Positions 58,378 through 64,000 of a DNA stretch of 64,000 nt are shown here, piece after piece. The stretch's first letter is position 1. Each line of letters begins with the position of its first letter. Both the position numbers and the translations under genes were made by a program. The DNA comes from Macrostomum hystrix. Taxonomy: Eukaryota; Animalia; Platyhelminthes. The notes below the pieces were generated by a model, which saw only the letters and a list, made by a program, of their open reading frames with translations, was not told the origin of the DNA and did not search any database. The stretch is taken from contig CATNEN010000008.1 in assembly GCA_950097015.1 (NCBI GenBank), positions 2,852,001-2,916,000 of the forward strand, read 5' to 3'.

Positions 58378-61300
58378 GTGCGGTATTGTAGGGATGGGTG
58401 CAGTATTGTAGGGATGGGTGCAGTATTGTAGGGATGGGTGCAGTATTGTAGGGATGGGTGCAGTATTGTAGGGATGGGTGCAGTATTGTAGGGATGGGTG
58501 CAGTATTATAGGGATGGGTGCAGTATTATAGGGATGAGTGCAGTATTGTAGGGATGGGTGCAGTATTGTAGGGATGAGTGCAGTATTGTAGGGATGGGTA
58601 CATTATTGTAGGGATGACTGCAGTATTGTAGGGATGGGTACATTATTGTAGGGATGACTGCAGTATTGTAGGGATGAGTGCAGTATTGTAGGGATGGGTG
58701 CAGTATTGTAGGGATGGGTGCAGTATTGTAGGGATGGGTGCAGTATTGTAGGGATGGGTACATTATTGTAGGGATGAGTGCAGTATTGTAGGGATGGGTG
58801 CAGTATTGTAGGGATGGGTGCAGTATTGTAGGGATGGGTGCAGTATTGTAGGGATGGGTACAGTATTGTAGGCATGGGTACAGAATTGTAGGGATGAGTG
58901 CAGTATTGTAGGGATGAGTGTAGTATTATAGGGATGAGTGCAGTATTGTAGGGATGAGTGCAGTATTATAGGGATGGGTACAGTATTGTAGGGATGGGTA
59001 CAGTATTGTAGGGATAGTGCAGTATTGTAGGGATGGGTGCAGTATTGTAGGGATGGGTGCAGTATTGTAGGGATGGGTACAGTATTGTAAGGATGAGTGC
59101 AGTATTGTAGGGATGGGTGCAGTATTGTAGGGATGGGTACAGTATTGTAGGGATGAGTGCAGTATTGTAGGGATGGGTGCAGTATTGTAGGGATGGGTAC
59201 ATTATTGTAGGGATGAGTGCAGTATTGTAGGGATGGGTGCAGTATTGTAGGGATGGGTACAGTATTGTAGGGATGGGTACAGTATTGTAGGGATGAGTGC
59301 AGTATTGTAGGGATGGGTGTAGTATTGTAGGGATGAGTGTAGTATTGTAGGGATGGGTGCAGTATTGTAGGGATGGTTGTAGTATTGTAGGGATGAGTGC
59401 AGTATTGTAGGGATGGGTGCAGTATTGTAGGGATATATATATATATAGACGCAAAAAGTTAGGTAGCTTTTGCGCGCACGCGCTCGCAGAACAGTCGGGA
59501 GGGGCAGGCCATGGCGGACTGGGGATCAAGTCCGATAGCCTGCAAGTCAGCCAACAGAGTGGTAATTAGCGTCACAGTTCTTCCTTGGCCGCGGCGCAGC
59601 CGCTCGGTCGGTTGGTGCAGGAGGACCAGCGCAAGCGGGTTTCGCTCGCCGCGACCGTGGCTCCTCAGACAGTGGCCCAGCAGCATCTGGCGGCGCCGGC
59701 GCAGGGTGACGCTCAGGGCTGGGACGCCGGCGCGAACCATCAGGTCTCTGGACGGCAGCCTCTCCGGGTAGTGCACGCCCAGGGCGTGGCGCAGCAGGGA
59801 CCTGTATAGCGCGTCCAGGGCTTTCTCTCGCGTGGCGGTCATCGGCACTGCTTCCATGCCGTACAGAAGGATAGGCTCAACGGCAGCGCGGAAGAGGCGC
59901 ACCTTCAGGCTGTCTCTTGCAGCAGAGTTGAAGACGTTCCTGAGAAGGTGCGCCGCACGCCAGGCCTGATTCCTTCTGTCGGAGACGATGGAGTCGGGAC
60001 TCATCACCAGGGAGCCGAGGTACCGAAAGTCCTCGCACACCGCGATGGCGTCTCCGTTGGGCAGATCTAGTGCCGGGGCGGTATCAGTGCCCACGTGCAG
60101 CACTTCTGTCTTCAGTGCGTTGATCATCAGTCCAACCCGAGCGCCCTCCTCGCAGAGTCTTAAGAGAGCGCGTTGGGCAGCAGCTGGATCGCGACAGAGG
60201 AATGCGATGTCGTCGGCATACGCAAGAGCCGGCAGCGGGACTGCAGGGTGTCGGGAGCTTCGACGTGGGACTAGCACATAGCCGTCGTCATCATGGAGAG
60301 ACCGGCGCAGCACGTAGTCCACGACCATGATGAAAAGCAGAGGAGCCAGCGTGTCGCCCTGAAGGACGCCAGAGCTTGTGCTGAACTCATCAGTGGGGCC
60401 GTCGCTCGACTGAACAAATGCCCTGGAATCGCTGTACAGATCCATCACCGCAGCCACCAGTGCAGGGGGGACGCCGTAGTAGGACAGCAGCCATGCAATC
60501 GCTAGCCTGGCCACCGAGTCAAAAGCCTTCCGGAAATCCACGAAGACAATCGACACGGAGCGCAGGCGGGTCTTGCAGGCCTCAATGATTGAGCGGATGG
60601 TTGCAACCTGCTCAGTGGTGGACCTGCCTGGCCGAAAACCGCTCTGGAGACTCAGCAGCAGTGGGTTGAGACCTGGCAGGAGGCGGTTGCGCAGCACAGC
60701 ATTCAGCAACTTTGCCGTGGTACATTCCAGCGCAATGCCACGCTGGTTGTCCAGGCTTGTAGAAGCCCCCTTCTTCGGGATGGAAACGATCTTGGAGGTG
60801 CGCCATTGTGGGGGCGCGCAGGCGGCCGCGTCGCCTCCAAGACTGCAGTGCTTGTTCAGCACCTCGGTGATGGCGGGGGTCAGCTCTGGTAGCTTCAGGA
60901 CCCTGGGAGGAATCGTATCCACCCCAGCAGCGGCGTCGGCACGCATGGTCCTCAGAGCCCGGCCAGTATTGTAGGGATGGGTGCAGTATTGTAGGGATGG
61001 GTACATTATTGTAGGGATGGGTACAGTATTGTAAGGATGAGTGCAGTATTGTAGGGATGGGTGCAGTATTGTAGGGATGGGTGCAGTATTGTAGGGATGG
61101 GTGCAGTATTGTAGGGATGGGTGCAGTATTGTAGGGATGGGTGCAGTATTGTAGGGATGGGTGCAGTATTGTAGGGATGGGTGCAGTATTGTAGGGATGG
61201 GTGCAGTATTGTAGGGATGGGTGCAGTATTGTAGGGATGGGTGCAGTATTGTAGGGATGGGTGCAGTATTGTAGGGATGGGTGCAGTATTGTAGGGATGG

Positions 61301-61428
61301 GTGCAGTATTGTAGGGATGGGTGCAGTATTGTAGGGATGGGTGCAGTATTGTAGGGATGGGTGCAGTATTGTAGGGATGGGTGTAGTATTGTAGGGATGG
61401 GTGCAGTTTTGTAGGGATGGGTGCAGTT
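58378..61428. repeat. 20-bp minisatellite GTGCAGTATTGTAGGGATGG, split by a LINE (58378-59435 and 60964-61428)
   Basis: Read directly. Confidence 0.95.
59436..60963 (-). mobile_element. 5'-truncated non-LTR retrotransposon, RTE/RTEX-like RT, about 500 uninterrupted codons, (TA)n tail
   Basis: Motifs SKIVSIPKKG, NQRGIAL, QSGFRPGRST, VFVDFRKAFDSV, GVLQGDTLAPLLF, LAYADDIA, FRYLGS and EPILLYG. The stop is at 59459-59461, followed by a short UTR and a TATATA tail. No endonuclease is present. Confidence 0.92.
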
Positions 61429-62877
61429 AAAGGGTAAAGTAAAGTAAAATAATAGGCACGCGCACAAGAGTAGATGTGAGATGATGATAAGAGAGGAGCT
61501 CGATGGCTAAATAACAATTATAGCCGAATAATTATTCCTAAGCTGGCCTAATCCCGCACCTACTCTGCAATAGAGGCCACCAATGGTCTGCGGTTTCTGC
61601 GAAGGTCCCACAAATCCCATCGGTACCTCTCCATCTGTACCTCATCGAACAGCGAGGACATCGGGGTCGAGGTCGCGTACTCAGCAGAGCCTGCAGTGCG
61701 TATCTAGACCACGCTCGCCAACAACAATCCCTCTGTTGTCAAATTGTCTCTGTTGTCGAATTGTCTCTGTTGTCACGCGAATGTCAAATTGTGCTGCGAA
61801 TTGGCGTCAGGAGATTGGAGACAGCGGATTGAAAAATCATCCAAGCTAAGCCATTCCCATTACACTTTTACAAGGTGTCCCTAATTGGCCTATTTCGACC
61901 TGTCGTAGCCCTTGAAGGTCCAGCGAATTCGTCTAAATAAAAATAGGTGATCAATGAAGACGGAGGTGATGCAGCATTTTTGGGTGACATGCTGATCAAT
62001 TTTAAAAGCCTGGGAAGGCTGCACTGAGGCCAGAACCATTGAATAACTCGACGGCCTGAAGAGCTGGCGACTTGATTCTTGTTTCAGAAGATGTGCAACA
62101 AATAGTTGGCCCGTGTTCTTGAGTTTCGTGTGCTTGCGTTGTTCCGTTCGGGTGCAACACAAAAAATGGTCAGGGGAGATCCCCCCTCTGGTAGATCTAC
62201 TGTTAAATTAGTACTTTTGCGCATCGAGTCAATTCCAGCACGGATCCAGACTGTTTAGTCCACTAACTGAGACCTCCAGTATTTACATCAGATCTGAAGA
62301 GGAAGAAAATCAAGAAATAACAGTTTATCTCTTGAGTAGCATCGCTTGCGTAGGCGCCACTGGGATTTCACTGCATGGTAGGGAATAGGAAATATTATGG
62401 TTTGAAGCCGGTTCTAAAAAGTCACTGCCTGTAGTATTTCTCAAACATGCTTCATGTTGCGTCAATCAAAATGAGCTTGCTTACGTAAAAACAACCCAAT
62501 AGGCCATTGTGTCCGCTTTTGCATGCTAGCAATGCGCTCATGGCTCATGACCATTATTTAAATGCATTTCTAAATAATATTTCTACAATTCCTAAAGCGA
62601 CTAACATATAGCCATCGTTTATTGCTAAATTGAGCCTGCAGATCCTCCGCAGTCGAGTATGGAATCTAACGACAATAATACTGAAGTCCTGTTTTAGACT
62701 TTGTTGATACCGCACCTGTGTTGTATGAGGGAATTACTAAAGCGGCTTTTATACTCAAGCCAATCACTGACTTTTGTGCAGTCAGTCCATGGACTAAAAT
62801 TTGTCTTTATTGCGCAGGTTTTTTCTTCCAAAAATTGGATTTATTGTTTCAACACCGTCACTGCATCCACGTGATTA

Positions 62878-63140
62878 GCGAGAGCTCGATTCCACAACTA
62901 GGCGACCGAGAGAAGGCTTGGGGCTTGTCGTGCAATTTACGTTACGCCCTTAAGGGGCAACCTCCAAGGCACAGTGAGAGTGTACACTGACGGCCGATGT
63001 ACACACCTGTGTGAGAGTGTGCCTGTGTACGGTATCTGAGTCTGTGTGTGCTCAGGAGTCAGCGAAATCGGCAGAATGGCCTCCTCGCTGGCTGCGCGTC
63101 TAATGTCACGAAAATGATGTTCCATTGCTCACAGACCTGC
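62878..63140 (+). mobile_element. tRNA-derived SINE copy 3 (5'-truncated, opposite orientation)
   Basis: Begins at B-box-like GAGCTCGATTCC and matches the reverse complement of copy 2. Confidence 0.7.
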
Positions 63141-63334
63141 AATTATTATTATATCATTACATGCATTAGTGATTCTATGCATTTGATTCTCAATTAGACG
63201 GAATAGTCTCATGGGCCACCTCTGTTGCACATTTACACCCGGAGTCCTATTCGACCATCAGAGTCTGCTCAGCAGGAGTACAACTCGCAATATCGCAATC
63301 AATAGTACATTTTATCCGTTTCTTTTATCCGTAA

Positions 63335-63370
<36 letters not shown>

Positions 63371-64000
63371 GAGTATATAAATATGCCTTTTGCCCAACCC
63401 AACTTCTGACGAAACAAAAGTCAATATTTTGTCCATGCGATAAGTTGAGTTCAAGCATTCATTTCAGCATTTCCATAGCAATTTTCAATTCAATGTAGGT
63501 CTTACACATTCGTGCACTTCTGTTTGATAAAAGGCTGCCTGCATTAACAGTGCCATAATGCATCTCTTGCTCATACATCTCTATGCATGACTGTGTAGAC
63601 ATCGGGTCAGAGTGAGCAGAATGCTAGTCACATGTCATCATTGCAAGTAGACGACGTTGCAGAAGAGATTAACTTATCCGATCGAGTCCAGACAATCTTC
63701 AGATGAAACCGTCTATCATTGGTCAGGATGGGACTTGGGATTGAACAACAGCTGACAGGCTCCACGAAGACACTTTAATTTTCTTGCTAATTGAAAATAG
63801 CTAATCCAGGAAGTGAATTATTCCAATATTATTGCATTGTTGCCACCTCAATCGAAGACTCCGACTTGAGAACTCTTTCACTCAAACTGATCACAGTGGC
63901 CCGCGAGGTCCCACAGACATTTTTTGCAACAAAAAACTGAGGAAATGAGCCAGCTGGGTCGGCGAAAAGTACTTTTACTTCTGCGTGAATGCCTTGACCG

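Overview
Animal genomic DNA with short GT-AG introns and more than 20 different 17-81 bp minisatellite arrays. The style resembles the flatworm Macrostomum lignano, but that is inference and was not checked. Most long ORFs in the supplied track are translations of tandem repeats, not genes. The left half (minus strand) holds three supportable exons of a PDZ-domain gene, tRNA-derived SINE copies and a decayed Tc1/IS630-type transposase. The right half (31.6-57.9 kb, minus strand) is a tandem cluster of three paralogous type-I membrane receptor genes, which I assembled exon by exon with consistent splice phases. Each has a signal peptide, divergent F-type-lectin (fucolectin)-like domain(s), 2-8 short Cys-rich Ig domains, split Ig-like stalk domain(s), a TM helix and a tyrosine-motif tail. 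Gene A (about 1341 aa) is SP-[FTL-Ig4]x2-stalk2-TM-YEN tail and is intact. Gene B (about 667 aa) is SP-FTL-Ig3-stalk-TM-ITIM-like/ITSM tail and is intact. Gene C has a B-like ectodomain on an A-like TM and tail, a 20-nt frameshifting deletion, and a Ty3/gypsy insertion in an intron. The cluster looks like an invertebrate paired lectin-Ig immune-receptor system. Supporting signs are an apparent gene-conversion tract, replacement-only divergence in the lectin exons, Ig exon copy-number variation and an orphan gene remnant. A 5'-truncated RTE/RTEX-like LINE sits in a minisatellite at 59.4-61.0 kb.
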